A stretch of DNA of 64,000 nt from Asterionella formosa (lineage: Eukaryota): positions 1 to 64,000 of the forward strand of contig NKIB01012878.1 in the NCBI GenBank assembly GCA_002256025.1, written 5' to 3'. Shown piece by piece: positions 1 to 10,396 of the stretch. Positions within the stretch are counted from its first letter, which is position 1. Each line of letters opens with the position of its first letter. Below the pieces are notes generated by a model, which searched no databases, was not told the origin of the DNA, and was given only the letters and a program-made list of their open reading frames with translations. The translations under genes were made by a program, and so were the position numbers.

Positions 1-250
1 AGGATTCTCCATATCCAATTCGGCCTCTTGATGTTGTGCTTGTGGGAGGACAGGAGCTTAGTAGGGATGAGGGCGATATTGCAGTGGTGTTGATAGGCGC
101 AAGCATTTCATGTGGCTGAATGCATTTGCGTGTGATAGTGATATAAATACTGGATGCGAAAATTCTTAAAAATAATTTTGCGAAAACCAAACGGGGTAAT
201 CCGTGATCATAATGGTATATAAAATTATATACAATTATACATAAAAATTT

Positions 251-463
251 AAGTACTGCTGTGACCCATTACCGGCAAATTTTGTCCACATTAAAGGGTT
301 CGTATCTCAGTACCTCGACCTTCAATGAGAATACCGGCAGATCCACAATCTGCTGACTCCTTTGGTTAACAAGACCTGGAAGTTTGATTCTCGCAAGGCA
401 TGGAAAAGGTGTAGTCGAACTAATCAAACGAATAGGAGAACTCAGTGGGTCACAGCAGTTCTT
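251..463. mobile_element. Candidate MITE with 18-bp terminal inverted repeats
   Basis: AAGTACTGCTGTGACCCA (251-268) and TGGGTCACAGCAGTTCTT (446-463) are reverse complements with 1 mismatch. The interior is non-coding and no clear target-site duplication (TSD) is visible. Confidence 0.45.
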
Positions 464-507
464 TACTGGTACTGGATAAACATATGTATTCTTTATAGTT
501 CAAAGTT

Positions 508-801
508 TGGTACCAGGTAACTGGTACTTGGTACTTGGTACCAGGTACAAGGTGTACGGTCGTGCCGTACTACCTGGCAGTCAATTGTTCTCGGAGCAGC
601 TGCCTGGTTACCAGCCAAGGTAATCCTAAATCCTAATTCCTTCTAACAGGTACCAGGGTGTACCTGGTTCCAGGTACTGGTACCAGGTACCACACCCTGA
701 GAGATATTCATCAGTTACCCCTGGTACGGTATGAGATACCCTCGTGCCTGGGATTACCAGGCACCAGGTACCAGGTACGGTCCCTGGTTGGTAACCAGGT
801 A
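508..801. repeat. Low-complexity cluster of GGTACC/CCAGG/CCTGG motifs
   Basis: Many overlapping TGGTACCAGGTAC-type units in both orientations. Confidence 0.7.
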
Positions 802-1091
802 GACCTCCTCCCTCTTTGTTGTCGAAAGCATTCGAAACAATTTGGAGAGACTGTAAGTAGTGCCCACTTGAGAAAATGCGTGTTTTATTGGTTGTTTACA
901 TGTGAGTATAAACTCATAGCTATTAATGAAATTATTCTCATGCAACCTTTTGTGCTTCAAACGTTGGTTGATAAAATGGGCAATTGAAAGTCATTGTAAA
1001 CATCATCTTATGTTTTCTTAGCGAAATAAAAATTGTTTTTATGATGCCGATGCATCGACTGAAGCGAAATGAGGGGTTGATCAATGCATTT

Positions 1092-1224
1092 CGATTTTCA
1101 ACTTCTTCATCTATCAGTGAATCTTGGCAGCATTCCAGATTTAAGCTTTCTTCAGATGAGAAAGCTTCTTGCTAAGTCTGGAATGCTGCCAAGATTTGAA
1201 AAGAGATGAAGAAGTTGAAAATCG
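1092..1224. repeat. Long imperfect inverted repeat (foldback)
   Basis: CGATTTTCAACTTCTTCATCT (1092-1112) pairs with 1204-1224, ATCTTGGCAGCATTCCAGA (1121-1139) pairs with 1177-1195, and there is an inner AAGCTTTCT/AGAAAGCTT pair. Confidence 0.8.
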
Positions 1225-2874
1225 CAAATAGCGGCGATTTGATAATTTCGGAGATTCATCACTCATATGTCGGTTCATAGAAACAACCTTCGTAGGCTTT
1301 GTTCTCGCTCCCAGTGATCACAACACGGTAAAGCTAGAATTATGAACAATACAACTTCACCATAAATATTACATTGTCACACACCTCCGGAATTGTTATC
1401 CTTGTCCATTATTTCTCATGATAGCTTCGTTTTTTGTCTTGCAGCCCCTCTCAGGTTGATTGTAGACTTTAGGCAGTCGCCTGGAGGCTGAGGGAATTGT
1501 GCACAGTGTCCCCGATGTGACCATCAAAAGAGTAACTTTCCAACAGTTAGTGACAAGCAACAGACCAGTTGCCGATTTTAAATTAACAATATATTTATTG
1601 TTAATGGGTCTGTAGCTAAGCACAAGGCACACATTATTAGGACAACTTAGATAGAGAGAATAATAGTACTCAAAATGGCCACAGAGATAATTTAAGAATT
1701 GACGCTATGGCTTTCGCCCAGATGGAGTACTACCTTGTACTGACATCATGAATTCAATAAATCAGGTTCATTACCTAGGGGCTGATAAAATAATTTTTTT
1801 GATAAACACGTTATGATAAACAAACCTGGAGATATGACATGACTTAGTATCGAAGAATCTTCTTTTCTGATAAACAGCAGCCAAACACAGAAAAGAGGCA
1901 AATTTATATCAGCAAAGTGACGGCAGAGAAGAACCCCAATCTCATCAGTCAATCAAACTCTTAGTTTTTTGCTATCATCGGCAGCAACCATATCAGCAGA
2001 CAAATTAGATTTGGAGGTAATGTGCAATGTTTTAAACTCGGTGCAACGAAGAAGAACAACTGGCAATAGCGATGATAAATATATTCTTGAATAGATCAAG
2101 GATGAAATAGATGAAAGTTTTCCAGTTATATCAAATAAGAAGAATCAGAAAAAAGAGAATCATCATCGATATCATTGAATTCTCATGGAAACAGACAGGC
2201 CAGTTGATGCGATAAAAATGGCAATTGCTACGGTATTGAATAGCTTGGGTAATGCTGCAATTCAGCAATCACAGACAGCAAGTGCAATCGCAGACAGCAA
2301 GTGCAATCGATGAACTTACAAAAATTTTCTTGCTGAGCAAGGAAGTAGTAAATTCCCATCTGTAACTTTATTCAATCTCAACTGCTTGAATGTATGGGTA
2401 TACCGTACCTTGTACCAGTACCAGAGGGTACCTGGTACTTCCTCATGACTTCCCAGAATAATTATCAATCGCTTCCCTTGCCCAAGATTGCCAGGCAGAA
2501 GAAGAGGACGAAGGTGCCGGTATTTTGCACAACGCGTATGGTCCTCGTAGACAAACCATATGTACAAGACTACCAGGTACCACCGGTAAAATTCTTTACT
2601 TACTTTACCCCTGAGCCCTAAGCGATGGTCGTGCAGAGGAAGTTGAGGTAAAAGACGGTTCTTACTACCGGTATTAGGAAGACATGCAACCGGTACATAC
2701 TGTATCTCATTTACCCCTCGTACCGTCTGAATAAATACAATTGATCCATTCTTACCGGTAATCACAGTCCTTATCCCTGGCAATCCCCATCCCCCGCCCA
2801 ACCTCCTTTTTATTGTATCTGGGAATTCATTGATTGATTCAAGCGTTGTATTCCATACTACACCATAAAAGACC

Positions 2875-4446
2875 ATGTCAAGCAATCGCAACGCCCATTT
2901 AGTGAACACAGGAACCGACTTGCGTATACCCGACAATCACAATGACGCTTCCGGTGACTCCAACCCATATGCATATCCCTATTTTCGAGCTTCCACGACG
3001 AATCACTGTATGACTTCCGTCTACGATCTTATCGTTCGATTTGACTCTCTCTGGAGGGACTACGTTGGAGAAAACGACGCCTTTGTGGAGCGCTTGATCT
3101 CGCAGATCCAGGACCGGGTACGGAATGCACCTAGGGAGGCTCTTTGGAAGGACTCCTGCGGGGACACGGCGCTGCATCGGCTTGCACAGGGCGCACGCTT
3201 CCCCGTCTCAGCCGATCCTCACGTCATGGCAAAAGCCGAATACTTGGTGCAAGTCGCCGAGGCGCTCATTTTGGCAGACAAAACCATTACGACCTCGCAG
3301 AACAATTGGAAAGAAACGCCCCTGCATCAGTTTTCACAGCATTGTGGCTTCCCATCAGAGCTCGTGGAGACCGCCAATGAAACAACCATCCCGGTACTGA
3401 CGACGATGGAGAACCCAATGATGGAATTCTTCCTGCTTCTCGGACGACACGGGGCAGCATCCGTTGCAAATATATGGAAGTCATACCCCTTGCACAATGC
3501 TTGTGAATTGCTAGGAGTATCTGACAAGGAGGTAGAAGGACTGCCGCACATGGTAACCAACCCCCTTCTCGAATGGATGCATGAACAGCAATGCAAAATG
3601 ATTCAACAGCTCATTATGGCAAATCCTAACGCGCTCTGGGCAAATGACGACTCGCACAATATGCCGATACATCGAGCGGTTATTTCCATGAAATGTGGAC
3701 CAGACGTTTTGAGAATATTGTTACAGCGGCTCTTGGAGGGAAATCAAAGCATCTTGGCGGAAAATCAGCTTCACTTAGCGGGCAGCGAGGATGACACAAT
3801 TGGTCATGTTACAAGGCTCGCGGGTCGCTCACTACCTGAGATTTACTACAAATCCTTTTCTGGTCGGTTGGCCACGAAAATTCAGTTCATGTTGGATGAC
3901 AATCATGATGCAGAATCGTTGGCATCGTGCATTGGATCATTATGGGAAAAAACTCTTTTATTTGTCCAGGCGGATAGTATGGGAACACTCGATCCCATCC
4001 CCTTTTCATTTACGCATGCGGCGATACGATTGAAAATTCCATACTGTGCTATTATGTTGGCTGTGAACTTGCACCCCGAGGAACTCTGCCAGCTGGATAA
4101 TAAAGGACGAACCCCACTAGTACTGGCACTGGAAAACAAGATGAAAAACTACTACGGACAACCTCTTCTCGAACTACTACTGAAGAAACAGCCTAGTGCT
4201 GCATCCATTGCAGATCATCAGGGACGGCTACCACTTCATCTTGCACTTGCACAGGAATGTTCCTATTATTTATCATGGGACGAGGGTATTAAATCTATTT
4301 TTGCAAGTGAACCAAGAGCCGTGTCTGCTCGCGATCCCCTGACAAAGCTGTATCCTTTTATGATGGCAGCAGTGAACGACAGAGGGAATCCAACAACGAC
4401 CTTTGAACTATTGCGATCCGACCCGGCAGTAATCACGTTCTGTTGA
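2875..4446 (+). CDS. Ankyrin-repeat protein (diatom-type)
   Basis: 523-aa ORF with GDTALH, ETPLH, YPLH, GRTPL and GRLPLHLA ankyrin motifs, and a C-terminal DPLTKLYPFMMAA...TFELLRSDP motif typical of an expanded diatom family. Confidence 0.85.
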   Translation: MSSNRNAHLVNTGTDLRIPDNHNDASGDSNPYAYPYFRASTTNHCMTSVYDLIVRFDSLWRDYVGENDAFVERLISQIQDRVRNAPREALWKDSCGDTALHRLAQGARFPVSADPHVMAKAEYLVQVAEALILADKTITTSQNNWKETPLHQFSQHCGFPSELVETANETTIPVLTTMENPMMEFFLLLGRHGAASVANIWKSYPLHNACELLGVSDKEVEGLPHMVTNPLLEWMHEQQCKMIQQLIMANPNALWANDDSHNMPIHRAVISMKCGPDVLRILLQRLLEGNQSILAENQLHLAGSEDDTIGHVTRLAGRSLPEIYYKSFSGRLATKIQFMLDDNHDAESLASCIGSLWEKTLLFVQADSMGTLDPIPFSFTHAAIRLKIPYCAIMLAVNLHPEELCQLDNKGRTPLVLALENKMKNYYGQPLLELLLKKQPSAASIADHQGRLPLHLALAQECSYYLSWDEGIKSIFASEPRAVSARDPLTKLYPFMMAAVNDRGNPTTTFELLRSDPAVITFC

Positions 4447-5052
4447 AATGATAAGTGCTAATGACTTCGTTTTGTATAGTTTGTCACTAATTAAAAGCAA
4501 CCATATATTTGAGCAATAAGTGTAGTACAATGCTGCACTCTGGAAGCAGGGATGATATTCTAAAAGACATACTCAGAAGTGCCGGTAATTTCTTGAACTA
4601 TCGTGAGTCAAACTAACCTGAATCTGAATATTGATAGTTTGTAAGAAGCCCAACGACGAGGAACTGAGAATCGATGAAAGTCGAGAGATCGAATATTATG
4701 ATTTTTATTTACACGTGCGTATACCGGGTAGTTCGCGAGAACCATCATTAGATACTGAAATCACGTGTTCGTCATTTACATTCCTTGCCTTTTTTACATT
4801 TTTCCCACATGGCTGCAGGTCGATGGATTTGAGTCGTGAATCCAAGATAGATTAGAATCTCAAAACAAATGTCGTGCTTCACAGTATTTCTTTCATTGGC
4901 AATTTTCATCGACAGATTTATTTGGATTGTTGACGATTGACATCAATTGATTACACGCTAACATGTCACGCCGCTGCTGCACTAATTACTATACAGTACA
5001 ATGAGACTTCACAATTATTCCCATCGGTTATCAAAAAGAAGAAAAGGGAAAA

Positions 5053-5595
5053 ATGGGTTGCTCGTATTCCATGCAAGAGACCTTCGAGACTATCGACGAG
5101 ACCTTTGGGTCAAAGCTTTCAGCTCCCTCACAGCCGCTTGAGAGTGACACTATCAGCCGGCTAGAAAACGAATCGAATTCTGCAATCTTGCATGAAGATG
5201 AAGAAGTTTCTTTAGACTATTTCGTTATGACAAGGAGTTCTCCATGGCAACCAGTAACATGTTACCGGAACATTTCCTTTTGTCCAAATATCAGTATTCG
5301 AGAATTCAGCGTTGTTATTGGTGACCATCCGTGTTGTCAAGACGCATTGCCTCTGTCACTGGATTGGTCCTATGAGGATATGGATTCGACAAGCATCAAT
5401 GAAACAGCGGAGCGCTTAACACGATACTCGCAACCGAAGCGCTTAACCTACATGGAACGCAAACTTCGATTGAAGGAAGTTGGTGGACTCAGTGAGGAAA
5501 CACTTCGCAAACACGAGAGTGCGCATTTGGGACAAATGTATGATGTTCATTGGGGAAATTTGGGCCGTGGAAAAACGATGGAGGCTGAAATATAA
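5053..5595 (+). CDS. Hypothetical protein of a diatom-type family (IREF...IGDHP.C...LPLSLDW motif)
   Basis: 180-aa ORF containing ISFCPNISIREFSVVIGDHPCCQDALPLSLDWSY and RLTYMERKLRL, a motif set I recall from diatom hypothetical proteins. Confidence 0.7.
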   Translation: MGCSYSMQETFETIDETFGSKLSAPSQPLESDTISRLENESNSAILHEDEEVSLDYFVMTRSSPWQPVTCYRNISFCPNISIREFSVVIGDHPCCQDALPLSLDWSYEDMDSTSINETAERLTRYSQPKRLTYMERKLRLKEVGGLSEETLRKHESAHLGQMYDVHWGNLGRGKTMEAEI

Positions 5596-6680
5596 CTTTG
5601 TCATGAAGGCCGACGCATTGATAGATTAAATTTATTTATTGAACAAAGCACCAGTTTTTTACTTTGTAATTTATAATTACTTAAATGAGATTTCTATTTT
5701 ATTCAGGAGGACATTGACCTCCTGACGTTCTTTAGCTAATTAGGTGGTATGGCCATGACGTCTCTGAGTATTGAAGAGTCATCTGTAAACATGGGTCCAA
5801 GAACTCAGGGAAAGTAATACTGACACATTGAGCTAGTACGCCCGGATGAAGCAGTAAAAAATTCAAGACCCTCGGGAAAATAAAATTTGCAACGCCCATT
5901 CCACCATATTCGGTTATGAGCAATAGAGAGAAGGATCATCTTGAAGGCGACCATGAGTGTTAACATAGATGAAAGCGCCCGTAAAGGAACTCGTTGGATG
6001 GTTGGAATATTCCATACATGTCGAAGAGTAATTCGCCCACACAATCTAGACGTCTATACCAATACAAATCTTCAAGTCGGAGATACTTGCATCTTCTTAA
6101 TACTTTGTCGACTTCAAAATCTGCTGGTACGATCGAAAATACATGACGCACACAAGTGGATAGGTACCACAGCGCCAAGGGAATTGTATTGACTTCTTCG
6201 TCCAACGCTATCGTACAGATTTGGTCCTGTCAGCTTCTATATGGAACGTCATCTGGGGACTACTTCGCTGCGACGTACGACGTCACATTCTCCAAAATAT
6301 TCACCTGACCAAGCTAAACAGTCAATCGAAGCAGCTCCATGTTACTCTCCTTCAATATGGCTTTGACACTACACTGGTTATCTCCCTTTTGAATGCCATC
6401 AGATTACCGGTATGTACCAATGATCAGAGAAAAACCCTTCTCCCCGGTCGCCTCATTGACGACTTCGGGTAGCAGGTACCAATAGTTCAGACTTGAGACG
6501 ATGGTAGTCTACCACCTCCTGTTCAATTTTGACGAACAGAGCCTTAAACCTTATCTATAACAGTACCGGTATATTCAGATAAACAGATATTGAATGCTTT
6601 GATATTTTATAACACGATGTACCGATACAAAATGTTGTTTGTCTTGATTTATCATTTGTAAAAAAACAAAAAAATCCCTG

Positions 6681-6686
6681 AAAAAA
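6681..6686 (-). terminator. Pol III oligo-T terminator of the permuted tRNA
   Basis: T6 run on the minus strand 12 nt after G37 of the 5' half, with further T runs beyond it. Confidence 0.7.
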
Positions 6687-6698
6687 CATTTCAGCAGA

Positions 6699-6782
6699 CT
6701 GCAATCGAACGCTCTGCCACTGAGCTATGAGTGCATCAATTATGACAGCACCCAACGTGAGTCGAACACGTGACCATTCGAA
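6699..6782 (-). tRNA. Circularly permuted tRNA-Cys(GCA): 3' half 6782-6747, 12-nt spacer, 5' half 6734-6699
   Basis: Minus strand: 3' half T-TCGAA-TGGTC-ACGTG-TTCGACT-CACGT-TGGGTGC-T, spacer GTCATAATTGAT, then 5' half GCACTCA-TA-GCTC-AGTGGCA-GAGC-G-TTCGA-TT-GCA-G. Reordered, the halves give a 72-nt cloverleaf in which all stems pair, with anticodon GCA and the U73 discriminator characteristic of tRNA-Cys. Confidence 0.93.
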
Positions 6783-6822
6783 TGTTGTTCCTACGGTATA
6801 TTCGCAATGACGTAAATAGGCG

Positions 6823-6838
6823 TTTTAATATATTTAAA
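6823..6838 (-). promoter_or_regulatory. TATA-like element upstream of the permuted tRNA
   Basis: Minus strand TTTAAATATATTAAAA lies ~40-55 nt upstream of the 3' half. The internal A and B boxes are in reversed order, so an external promoter is expected (inference). Confidence 0.4.
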
Positions 6839-7358
6839 CATTAAAAGTTTTTTCGATTTTTTTTTTGTCTCTCTACGTATACGGTGTGTACAGAGCAAAA
6901 ATCATCCTGTGGCATGCATGCCTTTACCTACATACCAGTACATATGACTCCTCACCTGCACGTCCCAGTACCGGGGTACAGTACCTGGTACCAGGAAACG
7001 TCCGGTAAAACACTTTTTTACTTAACAAAAGATTAAGCTAACTATCTCGCATACTGGCCCTTCCACAGGTACTCCACCAAATTGGCGAGGGTTTGTTCGG
7101 GGTACTGTTGGCTGGAGCAAAATGTTGACGCCTCGTCTGTTCGTTCGCTTTGTCTACTCTCTAATATTCTACTTGAGAAAATTCCTTCGAACATCTTGCA
7201 ACAACAATTTTACAATTTTATACGATTACATCATTTGATATCGTCCCTGTCTTTTGTCAAGACTAGTCTACTTCTGTATTACTCTATTTCGAAGCCTGTA
7301 CAGATTTTCCACCTTCCACATGCCAGGGTGATCGAAACCACCAACGTAAACGTACATA

Positions 7359-8300
7359 ATGCCATCTTGCTCTAGCTATTATTCGTTCACTTTCCGACTC
7401 TTGTTCGCCATTTCGGTTTCTCTGCTACTTAGTGGCACAACTGATAGTGGTAGTTCTTGGTCTGTATGTTGTGCATTTTCCCCGGCAATTATCAAGTATA
7501 GTCCTGCTTTACAAAGAACAACAAGAGCCACAACAAGCCTTTGGGTAGTGTCCAAAAATAAAAAGGATCGAGTTGTTGGCGCGGTGGGGAACATTGGGAA
7601 AGTTCTTAAATTCGCTACCAAGGCTGTATTACCCAAACGATGGTTCCGGAGTCAAGAAGAGAAACAAAGTTATTTCCAAAAGACAGCACTCAGAAAGGAT
7701 ATCACAGGTAATCTTACCACGATTTTAGACGACGCGCCCAGTTTGGTGCGTGTTGTGGGAAAGGTGTTGATCCCAATGATTGCTAATTTAGCAATAACAG
7801 CCACGAAACAATTGGAAGCACAGAATCAAACAGTAACAAGTGTCATTCAAGAGAAATTAGAATTTGCTAAACGTAAATTTCAAGAACAAGTGGAAGACGA
7901 ACAACGCAAGAAACAATGGGTAGAACATTTGCTTGATGAAGCCAAGGCTCTGTTGTTGACAGACCCGATAGCACGAGCTGCATTGGGCGAGTCCATTGTG
8001 AAAGTTGAAGTATCCAATATTGTTTCTAATACTGCCATAATTGATGGGAAAACAAATACCTTTGTTCCAATTTTTGCTTTTTTCGTGGTGGGGTCCAAGG
8101 ATCAAGGCTTTGTATCCTTGAAAGCCACTCACAATGGCATCACGTCCATGTCCTTGACAATGACAAACGCCGAAACGATACCCATCAATCCATCAATGAC
8201 GGCATCCGCACGCAAAGTGCATCAAGAAATGTTGGCCCTCAACAAGACAAGGCGTGATCCGGATGATTACATTGATATTGAGCTGATTGGTCCCAATTAA
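7359..8300 (+). CDS. Hypothetical protein, probably plastid-targeted
   Basis: 313-aa ORF with a hydrophobic signal-like segment followed by CCA|FSP (ASAFAP-like) and an S/T/R-rich transit-like segment; central coiled-coil-like region. Confidence 0.7.
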   Translation: MPSCSSYYSFTFRLLFAISVSLLLSGTTDSGSSWSVCCAFSPAIIKYSPALQRTTRATTSLWVVSKNKKDRVVGAVGNIGKVLKFATKAVLPKRWFRSQEEKQSYFQKTALRKDITGNLTTILDDAPSLVRVVGKVLIPMIANLAITATKQLEAQNQTVTSVIQEKLEFAKRKFQEQVEDEQRKKQWVEHLLDEAKALLLTDPIARAALGESIVKVEVSNIVSNTAIIDGKTNTFVPIFAFFVVGSKDQGFVSLKATHNGITSMSLTMTNAETIPINPSMTASARKVHQEMLALNKTRRDPDDYIDIELIGPN

Positions 8301-8451
8301 GGGTTTTGGTTGTGGAATTAATACTTTGCCATGCACAAACGTAACATTTGCAGTTGACCAACATAAAGATTATATATATATATATGAATATAGAGTCGAA
8401 ACAACCTTTTCCCATAGATTCCGTATTATCTATTGCTACAAGTGGTTGTAG

Positions 8452-9809
8452 TTATATACGTGAAATGCTAAAGGCACCATATTTTTCCTCATCGTTTTTC
8501 GTTTTATGAATGCGTCGTTCGATTTGTAAAAATGGAGGAAGTATCACTTGCAGTTCCCCCTCATTGGCCGTTTCAACTTGAGCATGCAATATACACAAAT
8601 TAGAAATTGGTTCATCGTAGACCTGGTTGTAAAAAAAGTGGGAAAGAGGGGTATGGGTGAGTGTTTACAGTGTGCGTGTATGTCATAGAAAAAATGAATA
8701 ATGAACCTGAGCATAATACAATGTACTTTGTTGTTACTCACATGAATATTAAAGGACTGATGTTTGTAAAGAAAGGCAATTCGTTGTTGTATGACAATGT
8801 GTCGTGTGAAATCCCGTAGTTTCAATGAGGACGTGTATTCCCGAGAGGAAATAATTCTCTTTTTTTCAATGATTTGACCATTGGACGTTTTCTGAACATG
8901 CGTAAAACCAAAGACACTGCCTGTTTTGGACCCATCTTTACTCAAGTTGCTTCGTTTCCGAATGAACGAATACTCCTCCACGACAGAAGTAGCTGTAGCA
9001 TCAGTAGCAGTAGTGTTTGATAGTACTACCTCATGTGACGTCGACAATAGATATACTTTTTCCACTTCAAACATGTGATAGTCGACATTGAATTGTTCCA
9101 CGTTCGGCTTTTCCGAAAGTAAGAATTTCGCTGAATGTCTAGTCAGATTGGTAGGCAATCCAACGAGTTTGGCAATGCCCTCTACCAATCGTTGCAGCTT
9201 TCCTTCAAAGTCAGTACTATTGTCCAAAACGACCAAATGAGGATGTCCTGCCCAACATCGTTGTGTCTTGCTATCCAATTCTCGTGCTTGTTCGGCTGTT
9301 TCGGAGCGCGCTACATTGTTGTCCAATGAATAAAACGCTTCAGCACCTTCGGCTGCCGTGACCATATGAAAGACAGCATTGTATCGCCCTTCCCGCACAT
9401 CACACACTCGCTTGCCTTGTGAGTGCAAGATCCCCTCAAAGTTGGCTTGGTCCATGTAGGCCAACCCATCCATGGCACCACGATCACATAGTAAGACAGC
9501 AGGGAGTCCAGTGGCACGCAATATCGTTTCCATGCCACGCTCCAAGCTTTCTTGGACATTCAAGACGGTGGTTTGAATAACTATATCCATCCCTTGGACT
9601 GCAAAGAAATCCAAGGACATGCCATTCGATGCCAGGACAGTAAACACTTCTGGACACATACAAACTTGAAAGCCGCGTTCTCGTAAATACGAACTGACTC
9701 TATCCAGGGCAGTGGTCTTGCCCCCACAGGGACCACCCGTCAAGACTATTTTATAAAAGGGGACATGAGTGCATTCGGCCAAGTTGCGTTGAGCTTTTGT
9801 GGTCGTCAT
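8452..9809 (-). CDS. P-loop NTPase (AAA_28/NadR-like) with CYTH-like C-terminus, TTD14-like; 2 exons (9809-8742, 8622-8452)
   Basis: KIVLTGGPCGGKTT Walker A, LLCDRGAMDG and YNAVFHMVTAAEGAE motifs. A GTGAGT...CAG intron (8741-8623) restores the frame to VYDEP...LPPFL...SISRI*. Confidence 0.8.
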
Positions 9810-10141
9810 GGTCTCGCCCTCTTTGTATGGAATATTTGTTACATAAGTTAGCTAATGATTGAGAATCTATTTCACGATAAGATATATGATTGCATGGTGG
9901 TGACGATGGTGATGCATGCGCATCGACTTGGATCTTCCGCCACATGCACCACAATATAACGGTCGAATACCGGTAATACTGGATGCCTTTTTGGAGAAAC
10001 ACGAGTGATGCTGCTGTCTTTCATTGATCGTGATTGTGTGGTTCATCGAATCAATTTCGCGCAACACTGATGCTTTCATCATCTCGTCAGCGTCTTTACT
10101 ACTTGTGGCATACTATTACAAATACTACTACCGGTAGTAGG

Positions 10142-10396
10142 CGTCATGTTTGGCATGCTGGATTTGAAATGGCAAAAGAAGCACAACAAGTGCTAAATGA
10201 CTTGAAGTTATTGCAGACGCAACTACAACAGCAACATCGCACAGACAGGGAAACAGAAGAACAATTACGAACCTTGCAAGAAAAATATCACCAATTAACC
10301 GGAGAATGGCATAGTGAGGATGATGAGCCATCAGATGACAAGACTACAAAAGAATTCACGAGGAGCGAAGAAACCAAAACCATACCCAATGATTGA
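10142..10396 (+). CDS. Small coiled-coil hypothetical protein; 5' end uncertain, possible upstream exon near 9916-10004
   Basis: Protein-like ORF segment MAKEAQQVLNDLKLLQTQLQQQHRTDRETEEQLRTLQEKYHQLTGEW with an acidic tail. Confidence 0.45.
   Translation, partial: RHVWHAGFEMAKEAQQVLNDLKLLQTQLQQQHRTDRETEEQLRTLQEKYHQLTGEWHSEDDEPSDDKTTKEFTRSEETKTIPND

Noticed and set aside
658..987. 109-aa ORF (and the similar 2316-2936 ORF)
   Set aside because: Largely a translation of GGTACC-rich low-complexity DNA (VPGTGTRY), with no domain signature.
1900..2360. Decayed ORF with a 19-bp tandem duplication (2272-2309), possibly gag-like
   Set aside because: No recognisable motif, LTR or primer-binding site.
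5730..6470. Possible decayed RING-finger gene on the minus strand (ICTIALDEE...CVRHVF)
   Set aside because: Too few ligand residues and many stops to support a call.
6699..6782. Two truncated tandem tRNA genes or a tRNA-derived SINE
   Set aside because: The complementary halves are absent from both flanks, and the two halves present complement each other exactly at 37/38 with all stems intact.
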